From Chiloscyllium plagiosum (lineage: Eukaryota), in NCBI RefSeq assembly GCF_004010195.1, contig NW_025214106.1, forward strand, positions 1 to 39,053: 39,053 bases of DNA. Direction: 5' to 3'. Below the pieces are notes generated by a model. The model did not search any database and was not told where the DNA came from. It worked only from the letters and a program-made list of their open reading frames with translations. Each line of letters opens with the position of its first letter. Positions within the stretch are counted from its first letter, which is position 1. The position numbers and the translations under genes were made by a program. Below, one piece after another: positions 10,810-22,461 of the stretch.

Positions 10810-13500
10810 TTAATGTTAATTTATTCATGCAATGTGATTGGAACGGCATTTATTGATAGATAGGGAAATTGAAACAGTGACACTGAAGGAACGGCAATAC
10901 ACTTCCCAATCAGGATGGTAGATGGCTTGGAACTGAAGCGAACATGGTGGGGGTCCCGTGTATCTGCTTCCTTTGTCCGTCTTGATGGTCGGGGATCCAG
11001 AGGTACGTTGTAAGGAGCCTTGGTAAAGTTCTGCAGAGCACCGTCTAGATGGCAGGTATTGCTGCTACTGAGTGTCAGTGGATGAGGGGTGAAGCTGCAT
11101 TCACACAGGTAAATGGAAGTATTTAATCACACACACATTCAACATGTGTTTTAGCAATAGGGGACAGGCTTTCGGAAATTTTGAGGTGAGTTATGCATGC
11201 AGAAGTTCTCTCCCCTGACACATTCCTGTAGCCAATGAATTTATATGCGTCAAAACGTGGCGCTGGAAAAGCAAAACAGGTCAGGCAGCATCTGAGGTAC
11301 AGGAGAGTCAATGTTTCAGCATAAGCTGTCACTGTTAAGCACACACCTGCATATTTCCAGGTCCTGGTACATTTGCACAAGGACTGCTTCAGTATCTGAG
11401 TAAATCACGAATGGTGTTGAATGTTGCATAATCATTGGCAAACATGCCCACTTGTGATTTTTCAGTCATTTATGAAGCAGCTGAAAATTATTGGGCCTAG
11501 GGCAGAGAGCACTCTTATAGCTCACTGATGCTGTCCCTCTCTCTGTGTTAGGAAGCTTGCTTCTAGTTCCACCTTCTCCAGAGGTGTCCAACAACATATC
11601 TAAATAGAATAATATTACAATATCTAACCCAAGGAGCGGAGTGAGGACTTGGTCAGCACAATCAGTTGGACGGCTAGTTTGTAATGCAGGTTAATACTAA
11701 CAGTGTGGGTTCAATGCTGCACTGACAGAGGTGATTGAAAAGGGCTGTCCTACCAACATCTCCCTTACTTGAGGCATTATGACTGTCCAGTTAAACTACC
11801 GCCAGTCGTCTTTGTCTAACGAGAGAGCAGCCCTATCATCCTGAAAGAGTATGGTACCTTACTTTTCCATTTCTTATCTACAGGCTCACTCGAACACCAA
11901 CGCAGAGGAACTGCTGCGGAGCTGTCCTGGAGCTGAGATGGCTGCTCTCCTCCAACTCCAACCCCAACCACCTTCCTTTGTACCAGGTATAACTTCAGCC
12001 AGTGCAAACGATTCCTATTCGCTCCAGTTTTGCCGTTAATCCTGGATATGACACTTGGTCAAATGCAGTTATGATGATGTTAAGTGCAGTCACTATTGCC
12101 TCACCTCTAGAATTCAGCTGCGTGGTCTCTTGTTGTACATCGTTAAACCAAGGCTTCAATGAGCCCAAGGGATGAGGGCCCACACTGAGCTTCAGTGAGC
12201 AAGTTGGTGCGGAGGAAGTGCTGCTTGATCCCACTGTGTGACATCTGCCATCCCTTTATTAATGACAGGGAATAGAGCAATGGGGCAGCCATTGATTGTC
12301 TGATGGTTTGTCTCTGTGTGTACAGGACACACCTGGATAGTTTCCCTCATGGACAGATGGATGCCAGTGCTGTATCCCAGCAGGAACAGCTTGAATGGAA
12401 TGTTATCAGCGCCAACAGCCTTTGCATTCCCCATCCTTCCAGCCGTTTGGAATTACCACACACAGTGAATCGAATTAGCTGAAGACTGCCATCTGGAGGA
12501 GACTAATATAGATCATCCTATCGATACTTCTGTCTGAACATTGTTGTGGTTGTTTCAGCCTGAGCTTTTCTATTGTTGTGTTGGCTCTTCCATCATTGAG
12601 GAAGGTGATATGTGGGCATCCTCCTCCTCCAATGAGTTGTTTGATTGACACCACCATTCAATTTGACTGCATGTGACAGGATTGCGGAGACTTGGTCAGA
12701 TTAGGTTAGATCTGTCTGTCACTAGCTGTTTATGTTATTTGGTGAGTAAGTGGTCCTATTTGGTAATGTCACCTCATTTTGAGGTGTACTTGGTGCTGTT
12801 CTTGGCCAGCCCTCCATGTATTCTCCATTGAACAAGGGTTTATCCCCTGGCCTGAAGGTCAGGGTAAAGTAGACCATATGCCAGGCAGTGACAGTGAAAA
12901 TTGTGCTGGAGTACTATTCTGCTGCTGTTGGTAATGACCCAAAGCACCTCACACAGGCTAATGCTGAGTTCTAGATCTCTTCAAAATCTGTCCCGTTCAG
13001 CATAGTGATAGTATCTCTCACATGTGCGCTCACGCGTGTACACACACACACTATTCACAATAGGTCTTTGTCTCCAGAAATATTGTGTGCATTAATCATT
13101 ATTCCCAATATGGTCATCGATCAATGTCTTTGCAGCCATGGTGAAGATGAGGTCAAGTATGTTTCTCTCTGTCAGTCGTTCCCTCCCCACCCGGTGAATG
13201 CCCAGTCTCGCAGCTATGTTCTTTTGGACATGACCATCTTGGTCCAGAATGCTGCTGCTGAGCCTTTCTTGGTGGTGAATTTGAAATTGCCCACCCAGTA
13301 TACTTTCTCCAGCTCATTCACTCTGTCAGTGCATTCTCCAAGTGTTCAATGTAGAGGGACACTGAACCATTAGTTGAGAGAAGGGAGTCAGCAGGACGTT
13401 TCCGTGTCTATGTTTGATCTGACACGTGAGGCTTCATTATGTCACATTGCTGCTTGAGGAGTCTGTAGGACGTCTCTCCCACATTTAGCCCTAGTCCCCA
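10810..13500 (-). mobile_element. Decayed CR1/L2-group LINE (EN + RT + 3' end) with nested SINE and PLE fragments
   Basis: Minus-strand motifs AFDQVSYPGLTAKLERIGI, HWLKLYLVQRKVV..SQLQDSSAAVP and AKAVGADNIP..VCPVH; subfamily distinct from the HER1-type CR1 copies. Confidence 0.75.
11645..11870 (+). mobile_element. Diverged tRNA-derived SINE
   Basis: tRNA-like head (CAGTTGG..GGGTTCAAT) followed by a body; it interrupts the LINE RT at the VP(QG) motif. Confidence 0.5.
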
Positions 13501-13692
13501 GATGTTAAGAAGGAGGGATTTCCAGTGTCCAGTGTCTGCAGGGCTTTTAATTTTTTGCCACTATCAATCGAAGGGTCTCTTCTGTGCTGTATGGCATTCA
13601 CTCTATAACTCTTGTGATTGGACAGGCCAAGGTCTCACTCCTTCAGTTCCTCCAAGTGCCTTGTCTATTCCATAGATTTTCAAAGTTTGTGC

Positions 13693-13943
13693 GAAGATTT
13701 GTAGCTCGGGTGCTCGTTGTTGTGGTTCTGTTCGCCGAGCTGGAAGTTTTTGTTGCAAACGTTTCGTCCCCTGGCTAGGCGACATCCTCAGTGCTTGGGA
13801 GCCTCCTGCGAAGCGTTTCTTTGATGTTTCCACCGGCATTTATAGTGGCCTGTCTCTGCCGCTTCCGGTTGTCAGTTTCAGCTGTCCGCTGTAGTGGTTG
13901 GTATATTGGGTCCAGGTCGGTGTGTTTGTTGATGGAGTTTGTG
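13693..13943 (-). mobile_element. 5'-truncated Penelope-like element (ORF C-terminus + pLTR)
   Basis: Minus-strand NSINKHTDLDPIYQPLQRT; collinear with 1297-1545; flanked by direct repeat AGTTTGTGC (13684-13692 and 13936-13944). Confidence 0.85.
13755..13794 (-). ncRNA. Minimal type I hammerhead ribozyme motif with intact core
   Basis: GCA-CTGAGGA-T-GTCGCCT-AGCC-AGGGGAC-GAAA-C-GTT-TGC: CUGANGA and GAAA intact, stem I GCA/UGC, NUH = GUU. Confidence 0.7.
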
Positions 13944-14496
13944 CCTGTCATCGTTTGGAACCTCACCTGGACCCAAAAAGCCTCATTTCAAGACACGTCC
14001 AAGATATCATCTCTCCTTACTGCAGTAACTATTCTTTGATTAATAATGCAACAGCACCTCCTCTTTAACACCCTCTCCTGTCCTGACTATAATTCCAGTA
14101 CAACAGAATACTGAGTTGTTAGCCCTGACCTCCCTCAAACACGTCTCTGTGATGGCAAAAAATATTCCACCTCCACATGTCGACTCATGCCATTGTCACA
14201 ACAGTCTGTCTGATAATACTCCCAGCATTCATGTAAACTGGAATATAACACCTGGAATACTCTGTGTATCGGAGTTCCTCAATCATTCACTATTTGTTAT
14301 CAGGCTGCCCAAACCATGAACCAAAATTGTAACTATGGGACTGAATGAATATTTGTTGAATTGTAATTTTTTTAAAAAAAAAGAAAGTATTCATCAAGTG
14401 CAACTTTCCAGAACTGAGCAGTCAGCTCCACATATAATGAGTATCTGATGGTTAATTCTCCCTCCGTGTGCAGAGGGGACAGCCCTCAGTAATGGA

Positions 14497-14623
14497 TAAA
14501 GTGAAGACTGCAGTTGATGGAGATCAGAATCGAAAAGTGTGGTATTGGAAAAGCACAGCATGTCAGGCAGCATCCGAGGAGCAGGAGAGTCGATAGGTCG
14601 GCCATGAGCTCTTTATCAGGAAG
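14497..14623 (-). mobile_element. Penelope-type pseudo-LTR fragment with degenerate hammerhead
   Basis: Minus strand reads CCTGATAAAGAGCTCATGGCCGACCTATCGACTCTCCTGCTCCTCGGATGCTGCCTGAC. Confidence 0.65.
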
Positions 14624-14749
14624 GCATTGGTGCATTCCTTTTTTTGATTCTGTGATTTGCTGCCCGTTGGGAACCATACTTGCTCAGCAAGGCAGCACTG
14701 TATATAGCACTGAAAACGAAAGCAGTCAAGCGTGTAGACAGGTTGAGGG

Positions 14750-16027
14750 GAAATACAGAGTGATTGACGTACAAACATAAGGATGGATAAATCACTTGGG
14801 CCAGAGGAGGTATACACAAGGTTACTCCAGGAGGTGATGGAAGAGATTGGTGTGACTTTGGTAATAATATATGCGTCTTCATTGTTCACAGGAGTAGTGC
14901 CAGATGTTTGGGGGGTGGCAAATGTTATCCCCTTGTTCAGGTAAGGGAATAGGGATAACCCTGGGAATGATAGAATAGTCAGTCTTACACCAGTGGAGGG
15001 CAAAGTATTGGAGACGATTCTGAGAGACAGAATATACAATTACTTAAAAAAACCATAGTATGGTCAGCATGGCTTTTTGAAGAGCAGGTCATGCCTCACA
15101 AACCTTATTGAATTCTTTGAAGATGTGAAAAAACATGTTGATGAAGATAGACCANNNNNNNNNNNNNNNNNNNNNNNNNNNNNNNNNNNNNNNNNNNNNN
15201 NNNNNNNNNNNNNNNNNNNNNNNNNNNNNNNNNNNNNNNNNNNNNNNNNNNNNNNNNNNNNNNNNNNNNNNNNNNNNNNNNNNNNNNNNNNNNNNNNNNN
15301 NNNNNNNNNNNNNNNNNNNNNNNNNNNNNNNNNNNNNNNNNNNNNNNNNNNNNNNNNNNNNNNNNNNNNNNNNNNNNNNNNNNNNNNNNNNNNNNNNNNN
15401 NNNNNNNNNNNNNNNNNNNNNNNNNNNNNNNNNNNNNNNNNNNNNNNNNNNNNNNNNNNNNNNNNNNNNNNNNNNNNNNNNNNNNNNNNNNNNNNNNNNN
15501 NNNNNNNNNNNNNNNNNNNNNNNNNNNNNNNNNNNNNNNNNNNNNNNNNNNNNNNNNNNNNNNNNNNNNNNNNNNNNNNNNNNNNNNNNNNNNNNNNNNN
15601 NNNNNNNNNNNNNNNNGAAAGTTTGAGGGAGCTGGTGCTTTTCTCCCTGGAGCGAAGAAGGATGAGAGGTGACTTGATAGGGGTATACAAGATGTTGAGA
15701 GACATAGATAGATTGGATAGCCAAAGTCTTTTCCCATGGCAGAAGTGGCTATCAACAAGGGCCGTAATTTTAAGGTGATTGGAGAAAGGTTTCGGGGGCT
15801 CTCAGAGATAGGTTCTTTACACAGAAAGTGGTGGGGGCGGAATGCACCGCCAGTGGTGGTAGTAGAGTCAGATACATTAGAGATATTTAAGAAGACTCTT
15901 GGATAGGCACATGGAAGTTAGTACATTGAAGGTTATGTAGGTTAGTCTAATCTTAGAGTAGGATAAAAGGCTGCCAAAACATTGAGAGCTGAAGCGCCTG
16001 CACTGTGCTCTACTGTTCTATGTTCCA
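14750..16027 (+). mobile_element. CR1 LINE RT to 3' end (spans gap 15155-15615)
   Basis: SCLTNLIEFFEDVKKHVDE and LRELVLFSLERRRMRGDLIGVYKMLR; 3' tail TGTTCTATGTTC. Confidence 0.9.
15155..15615. other. Assembly gap (N run)
   Basis: Run of N. Confidence 1.
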
Positions 16028-16289
16028 AGTTTCACTCAGTTTGTGGATTCTCGTCGGTTGGTGAATGTGGGAGGAAGTGAGGCGGGTGAGGGAGTGAGGT
16101 GTGTGAGGTCAGGAATCTGGGGTGGGGCGTTATACCAAGACTTCCAATTTTGATGTGCTTTGTTAGATTCACCTGAGTGTCAGCACAATATGTGAGTTTT
16201 CCAAGACCAGAGAAAATCCACCAAGTTTAGTTATTAAAACGATTCTTGGCTTGCCATTTGCTCCTGGTTTCTTCAGATACATTCTGTTG

Positions 16290-16903
16290 GATGACCTATA
16301 ATTAGTATCTGAGCATCCACAGGCATGTATAATCTTATTTTGATCCTGGTTAATGTGAAGGTACATTTAGTGGATATAGTTTCAGAGGGTTCACTGTGAG
16401 ACACAAGATGCTGCAATAGACTGTCAATTGTGAACGTTTTCACCCGGCGTCTGGTCCAGGGGGCAGATGTATGGAATCTGGAGGTCATGCCAGATGTCAT
16501 CACCATAAGTAACGTGTGCGATGTGATTATGACACTCCATGTCCATACATCTGCTCCCTGGGCAAGGCTCTGACTGATGATGAATTTATAAGGCATGGTT
16601 CCTGGTCAGTCAGTGGTGTCTAATTTAGACAGCATTTGTATCTACACTGAGAGCAGTGATAGCCTGTTGGCTAGTTTCCTCCTGCTCAAGGCGGATCCCA
16701 AATGAATCTCTGTCAGAGAACGTTTGAATGACTGCCCTGACCCACGTTGGAAACTGTCTGGTCAGATTCAGGAACAGGCCAGTGTCTCACTCAGTGCCAC
16801 AGGCAGCTGTGAAGTCCAGTAGCACTGTACGCGAATTCAGGCTTTTTGGAATCCACTTTTAATGATGGTCATGATGCAAAGTTATAGGTTTACTGATCTG
16901 AAC
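16290..16903 (-). mobile_element. Ancient Vingi/Ingi-like LINE RT remnant
   Basis: Minus strand reads TVLLDFTAACGTE*DTGLFLNLTRQFPTWV and ..TTD*PGTMPYKFI, resembling TVFLDLTAAYDTVWHTGL and ..KFIYADD; related to 9545-10010. Confidence 0.55.
16456..16561. repeat. Short inverted repeat / MITE-like insert
   Basis: Left arm CCAGGGGGCAGATGTATGGAATCTGGAGGTCAT (16456-16488); reverse complement of 16529-16561 is CCAGGGAGCAGATGTATGGACATGGAGTGTCAT; 40-nt spacer. Confidence 0.75.
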
Positions 16904-17309
16904 AATGATCAGGAGTTTGCCATGTTTGTGAATTGGGCAATAATAAGATATGAGCTACAATTATTCAACTGAACAATAACTACGTCATCTGTGAAACAAT
17001 TAAGTTGATTCTATATTGATGGAATTAAAATATAAACACGAAAAACCTTTTATTATACAAAAGTAAGGAATCACATTTTGTTTTGTAGCGAAAACGAACA
17101 TGTCTGGCTATTTTGGTGATCACAATTACACATTGAATCTCAGTATTCAAATACAAAAATTGTCGCTCTATCATTTACAAAGTGACTGACCTCGAACTGA
17201 TTACATATTCAGATTGAACAAATGATTGAAAAATCAAATAGACTTACAACTCTTACACATTTAAATATAATCAATCGATTTAATTTCTCATCGGAAATAT
17301 GTGAGCTTC

Positions 17310-19572
17310 AGCTATTTGCCAACAATTCTATTAGTTTTAAAATAATGATGGAAAAGGATAGACTAGATGTACATGTTAATGTTCTAAATTGGAGAAATGC
17401 CAATTTTGATGGTATTAGGAAATAACTTTCAAAAGCTGATGGCAGCAGATGTTCGCAGGGAAAGGGATGGCTGGAAAATGGAAAGCCTTCAGAAATGAGA
17501 TAACGAGAGTCCAGAGACAATATATTCCTGTTAGGATGAAAGGAAAGGCTGGTAGGTATAGAGAATGCTGAATGACTCATGAAATTGAGGGTCTGGTGAA
17601 GAAAAAAGAGGAAGCATATGACAGGTACAGGCAGGATAGGTCGAGTGAATCCTTTGAAGAGTATAAAGGCAGGAGGAGTATACCAGAGAGGGAAGTCAGG
17701 AAATCAAAAAGGGGACATGAGATAGTTTTGGCAAATAGATTTAGGGAGAATCCAAAAGGATTTTACAAATACATTTAGGACAAAAGGGTAAATAGGGAGA
17801 GAATAGAGCTCTCAAAGTTCAGCAAGACAGCCTTTGTGTGGAGCTTCAGGAGTTAAGGGAGATACAAAATGAGTATTTTGTATCAGTGTTTACTCAGGAG
17901 AAGGACATGGACGATGTAGATAGACACAGAAATAGATAGTGACATCTTTAAAAATGTTCATATTACAGAGGAGGAAGTGCTGATGTCTTGAAATGAATAA
18001 AAGTGGATAAATCCCCAGGACCCGATCGATCAGGTGTAGCCTAGAACTCTGTGGGAAGCTAGAGAACTGATTGCTGGGCCTCTTGCTGAGATACTTGTAC
18101 CATTGATTGCCACAAGTGAGGTGCCAGAAGACTGGAGGTTGGCGAACGTGGTGCCACTGTTTAAGAAAAGTGGTAAGGACAAGCCAGGGAACTATAGACC
18201 AGTGAGGTTGACGTCAGTGGAGGGCATGTTGTTGCAGGGAATCCTGAGGGACAGGATGAACATGTATTTGGAAAGGCAAAGACTGATTAGGGATAGTCAA
18301 CATGGCTTTGTGTGTGGAAAATGATGTCTCATTAACTTGATTGAATTTTTTGCAGAAGTAACGAAGAGGATTGATGAGAGCAGAGCGGTGGACGTGATCT
18401 ATATGGACTTCAGTAAGGCATTCGATAAGGTTCCCCATGGGAGACTATTTAGCAAGGTTAGATCTCATTGGAGTACAGGGAGAAATAGCCAGTTGGATAC
18501 AGAACTAGCTAAAGGTAGAAGACAGAGGCTGGTGGTGGAGGGTTGTTTTTCAGATTGGAAGCATGTGACCAGTGGAGCGTCACAAGGATCAGTGCTGGGT
18601 CCACTACTTTTTGTTATTTATATAAATGATTTGCATGTGAGTATAAGAGGTATAGTTATCAAATTTGCTGATGACACCAAAATTGGAGGTGTACTGGACA
18701 GCGAAGAAGGTTACCTCAGATTACAAGAGGATTTTGATCATATGGGCCAATGGGCTGAGGACTGGCAGATGGAGTTTAATTTAGATAAATGTGAGATGCT
18801 GCATTTTGGGAAAGCAAATCTTAGCAGGACTAATACTCTTAATGGTGAGGTCCAATGGAGTGTTGCTGAACAAAGAGACCTTGGAGTGCAGGTTCATTGT
18901 TCCTTGAAAGTATAGGAACAGGTAGGTAGGTTAGTGAAGAAGGCATTTGGTATGCTTTCCTTAATTGGTCAGAGCACTAAGTACAGGAGTTGCGAGGTCA
19001 TGTTGCAGCTGTACAGGACATTGGTTAGGCGACTTTTGGAATATTGCAAGCAATTCGGTAGGATGTTGTGAATCTTGAAAGTGTTCTAAGAAGATTTACA
19101 AGGATGTTGCCAAGGTTGGAGGGTTTGAGCTATAGCTGGTGGTTGAATGGGCTATGGCTATTTTCCCTGGAACGTTGGAGACTGAGGTGTGACCTTAAAG
19201 AGGTTTATAAAATCATGAGGGCCATGAATGGGGAGATAGACAAGGTCTTTTCCCTGGCGTGGGGGGAGTCCAGAACATAGAGGGCATAGGTTTAGGTTGG
19301 GAAGGAAAAATATAAAAGATATACAAGGTGCAACCTTTTCACACAGAGGGTGGTTTGTGTGTGGAATGAGCTGCCAGAGGAAGTGGTGGAAGTTAGTACA
19401 ATTGCAACATTTAGATGGTGTCTGGATAGGTATATGAATAGAAAGGATTTAGAGGGATATGGGCTGAGTGCTGGCAGGTGGGACTAGATTGGTTTGTGTT
19501 ATCTGGTCGGCATGGACGGGTTGGACCGAAGGAACTGTACCATGCTGTACATCTCTTTGACTCTGTGACTGT
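17310..19572 (+). mobile_element. 5'-truncated CR1 (HER1-type) LINE ORF2 with RT and 3' tail; pseudogenised
   Basis: VPEDWRLANVVPLFKK..PGNYRPV, YMDFSKAFDKVPHGRL, QGSVLGPLLFVIYINDL and KFADDTK; frameshifted; tail CTCTTTGACTCTGTGACT. Confidence 0.97.
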
Positions 19573-19679
19573 AATTTAGAAATGACAATAATTTGATATG
19601 TACTGTCAAATAAATGGTTTATATCATTAAATTGTAGCATACAATAGTTGAAATATTGCTATTTTTAGAATGAATGAGA

Positions 19680-21380
19680 AAGAACAAAGAACATTCCAAA
19701 TCAGGAACAGACCCTTCGGCCCTCCCAGCCTGTGCTGATCCAGATCCTCCTATTTTCTAAACGTGCCACCTATTTTCTAAGAGAATGTATCCCTCTGCTG
19801 CCTGCCCATTCATGTATCTGTCAGATACATCTTAGATAACGCGATTGTACCTGCCCCGATCTCCTCTGCTGGTAACACGTTCCAGGCTGCCACCACCATA
19901 TGTGGAAAGAACTTCCCACATATATCTACCCTAAACCCGTCCCCTCTCACTTTGAACTCATGACGCCTAGTAATTGAGTTCCAAAATCTGGGGAAAAAGC
20001 TTCTTGCTATCCACCCTGTCTATATCTCTCTTGATTTTGTAGACCTCAATCAGGTCACCTTTGTCTTTATAATTAAAATAATCCTAATCTACTCAATCTT
20101 TCTTCATAACCAGCACCCTCCATACCAGGCAACATCCTGGTGAACCTACTCTGCACTCTATTCAAAGCATCCACATCCGTTTGGTAACGTGGTGACCAGA
20201 AATATATGCAGTATTTCAAAGGCAGTGAAACCAAAGTCCTATGCAACTGTAACATGACCTGCCAACGTTTGGACTCAACAGCTGATCCAATGAAGGAAAG
20301 CATGCCTTATTTTGCCTTGACCAGTTTACTGACCTGCCACCTTCAGGAAACAATGGACCCAGGTCACACTGTATGTAAACTTTTCCGTTTACTGTATTGT
20401 TGCTCTTGAACTGGATCTTCCAAAATGCATCGCCTCGCATTTGCACAGTCTGAACTCCATCTGCCATTTCTGTGCCCATCTCTCCAAACTATCTATATTC
20501 TGCTGCATTCTCTGACATTCCCCTTCACTATCTGCTACTCCAACAATCTTGGTGTCATCTGCAAACTTGCTAATCAGGCAACCGATACCTTCCTCCAAAT
20601 CATTGACATATATCACAAACAACAGTGGTCCCAGCACAGATCGCTGTTGCATACCACTGGTCATAGGTCTCCAGTTAGAGAAATCCCCTTCCACTACTAC
20701 TGTCTGTCTCCTGTTGGCCAGCCAGTTCTCTATCCATCTAGAAAAAACATCCTGGACCCCATGCGGCATCACCTTCTCCATCAGCCTACCCTGGAGAACC
20801 TAATAAAACACCTTACTCAAGTCCCTCAGTATCTTCTCCAGAAGCTTCCAGACCACTGATCTGAAGCTCGCCGGTCTATAAATAACTGGATAATTCCCGC
20901 CATCCTTCTTGAACAAGGAGACAGCATTAGCAATGCTCCAGTCCTCCGGGACCTCACCCATGTATAAGGGTCCTACAAAGATATTTGTTAAAGCCCCAGT
21001 TATTTCCTCACTCTCATCCCTCAGTAACCTGTGGTAGATCTCATCCAGACCTGGGAGCTTGTCTACATTTCTACCTTTTAGAATATCCAACACTTCTTCC
21101 CTCTTTATGTCGACTTGACCCAGAGTACGCAAAGATCTATCCCTAACCTCAACATCCATCATGTCCCTCTCCTTGGTGAATACAGATGCAAAGTACTCGC
21201 TAAGAATTTCACCCATTTTCTCTGACTCCATGCATAACTTTCTTCCTTTTTCCTGTGTGGGCCAAACAGTTCTCGATTACCCTCTTGTTGTTTATATATG
21301 AAACGTAGTCTTTGGGATTTTCCTCAACCCTGTTTGCTAAAGATATCTCATGACCACTTTTAGCCCTCTTAATTCCTCAA
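19680..21380 (-). mobile_element. CR1 LINE ORF2 RT/3' end with internal deletions
   Basis: SVLGPLLFVIYVNDL..KFADDTK and GEVPEDWSIANAVSLFKK on the minus strand. Confidence 0.95.
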
Positions 21381-21539
21381 TATTTACTGTAAAATGTGGT
21401 TCGTGTAAAGAAAATAAACATTTGTTCGTGCGAGTAGGAACTCAGACCTTTTCAAACTGTTTTGTGCCAAAAAATATTTGAAATCCGTCTCAGTGCAAAT
21501 AAAAAGCAAGAGAAGAAACATCTTGGGAAGAGTAATTTT

Positions 21540-22125
21540 CATTGATATTATGTAACAAGGAAGGATTGGTGGATGAGCTTTGCCTTGGAAGGAGTAAACA
21601 CAACATGCTGGAGTTTCACATTCATGTTGAAAGAGTGAAGACTGAGTCATGCATGAGAGCTTTAGTGTTAGGCAAGGGTAATTATACTGGCCTTAGGAAG
21701 GATTTGGAAAAGCGCAGCAGGTCAGGCAGCATCCAAGGAACAGGAGAATCGACGCTTCGGCACAAGCCCTTGTGCCCCAAACGCCGATTCTCCTATTCCT
21801 TGGATGCTGCCTGACCTGCCGCGCTTTTCCAGCAACATGTTTTCAGCTCTGATCTCCAGCATCTGCAGTCCTCACTTTCTCCTTGAGGAAGATTTGGCCT
21901 TGGCGGGCTGGGGTGGTGGGTGGCGGTGGGAGAAAAGAATAGTCAAAGGCAGGTAGATGAAGAAATTTGGCAAATAATTAGGGAGATACTGAAGACCGAA
22001 CAGGAGTTGCATAACGGAAACAAAAAAATCATCCATATCTTGATAAGGAAGTCAAGGATAACATGAAGGCAAATCTTAGTGCATATCATACTGCAGATGT
22101 TAGTCACACTATGGAAGATTGGGCA
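21540..22125 (+). mobile_element. Decayed CR1 ORF2 remnant (end of EN), interrupted by a PLE palindrome
   Basis: LCNKEGLVDEL..HNMLEF..LGKGNYTGLRKDL. Confidence 0.6.
21705..21883. mobile_element. Penelope-type pseudo-LTR with fold-back palindrome
   Basis: Arms 21705-21766 and 21769-21831 are near reverse complements; approximate TSD AGGAAG(G)ATTTGG on both sides. Confidence 0.8.
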
Positions 22126-22127
22126 AG

Positions 22128-22420
22128 TCAGTGGCCTCGTGGTGTTATAACTGAATTCTTATGTGATAAGCCCAGATAATGTTCTGGTGACCTGGGTGCA
22201 AATCCTGCCACAGGAAGGAGGGGAGCTTGAATTCAAATCTGGAATTAAGAGACTGATAGTGGTTATGAATTGATTGCCAAGAAAAACCCATCTGGTTCAC
22301 TAATGTCCTTTAGGTAAGGAAATTGCCATCCTAACTATAGATTCACCACTCTATAGTTGAAGGCCTTTCTGACCGGACGGGTCACCTGAAAGAACAATCT
22401 TACGATGGGCAATAATAAAT
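22128..22420 (+). mobile_element. tRNA-derived SINE (second family, non-HE1)
   Basis: A-box-like CAGTGGCCTCGTGG, B-box-like GGGTGCAAATCC, body AAAACCCATCTGGTTCACTAATGTCCTTTAGG and tail GATGGGCAATAATAAAT. Confidence 0.6.
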
Positions 22421-22461
22421 TTAACATGGAGTTACAAAAATGAACAATTATTAAAGCATGC

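Larger units (their letters stand above)
13560..14240 (-). mobile_element. Decayed CR1 endonuclease remnant (host of the Penelope insertion)
   Basis: Minus-strand AITETCL motif at ~14135-14156 and further APE-like sequence to its left. Confidence 0.5.
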
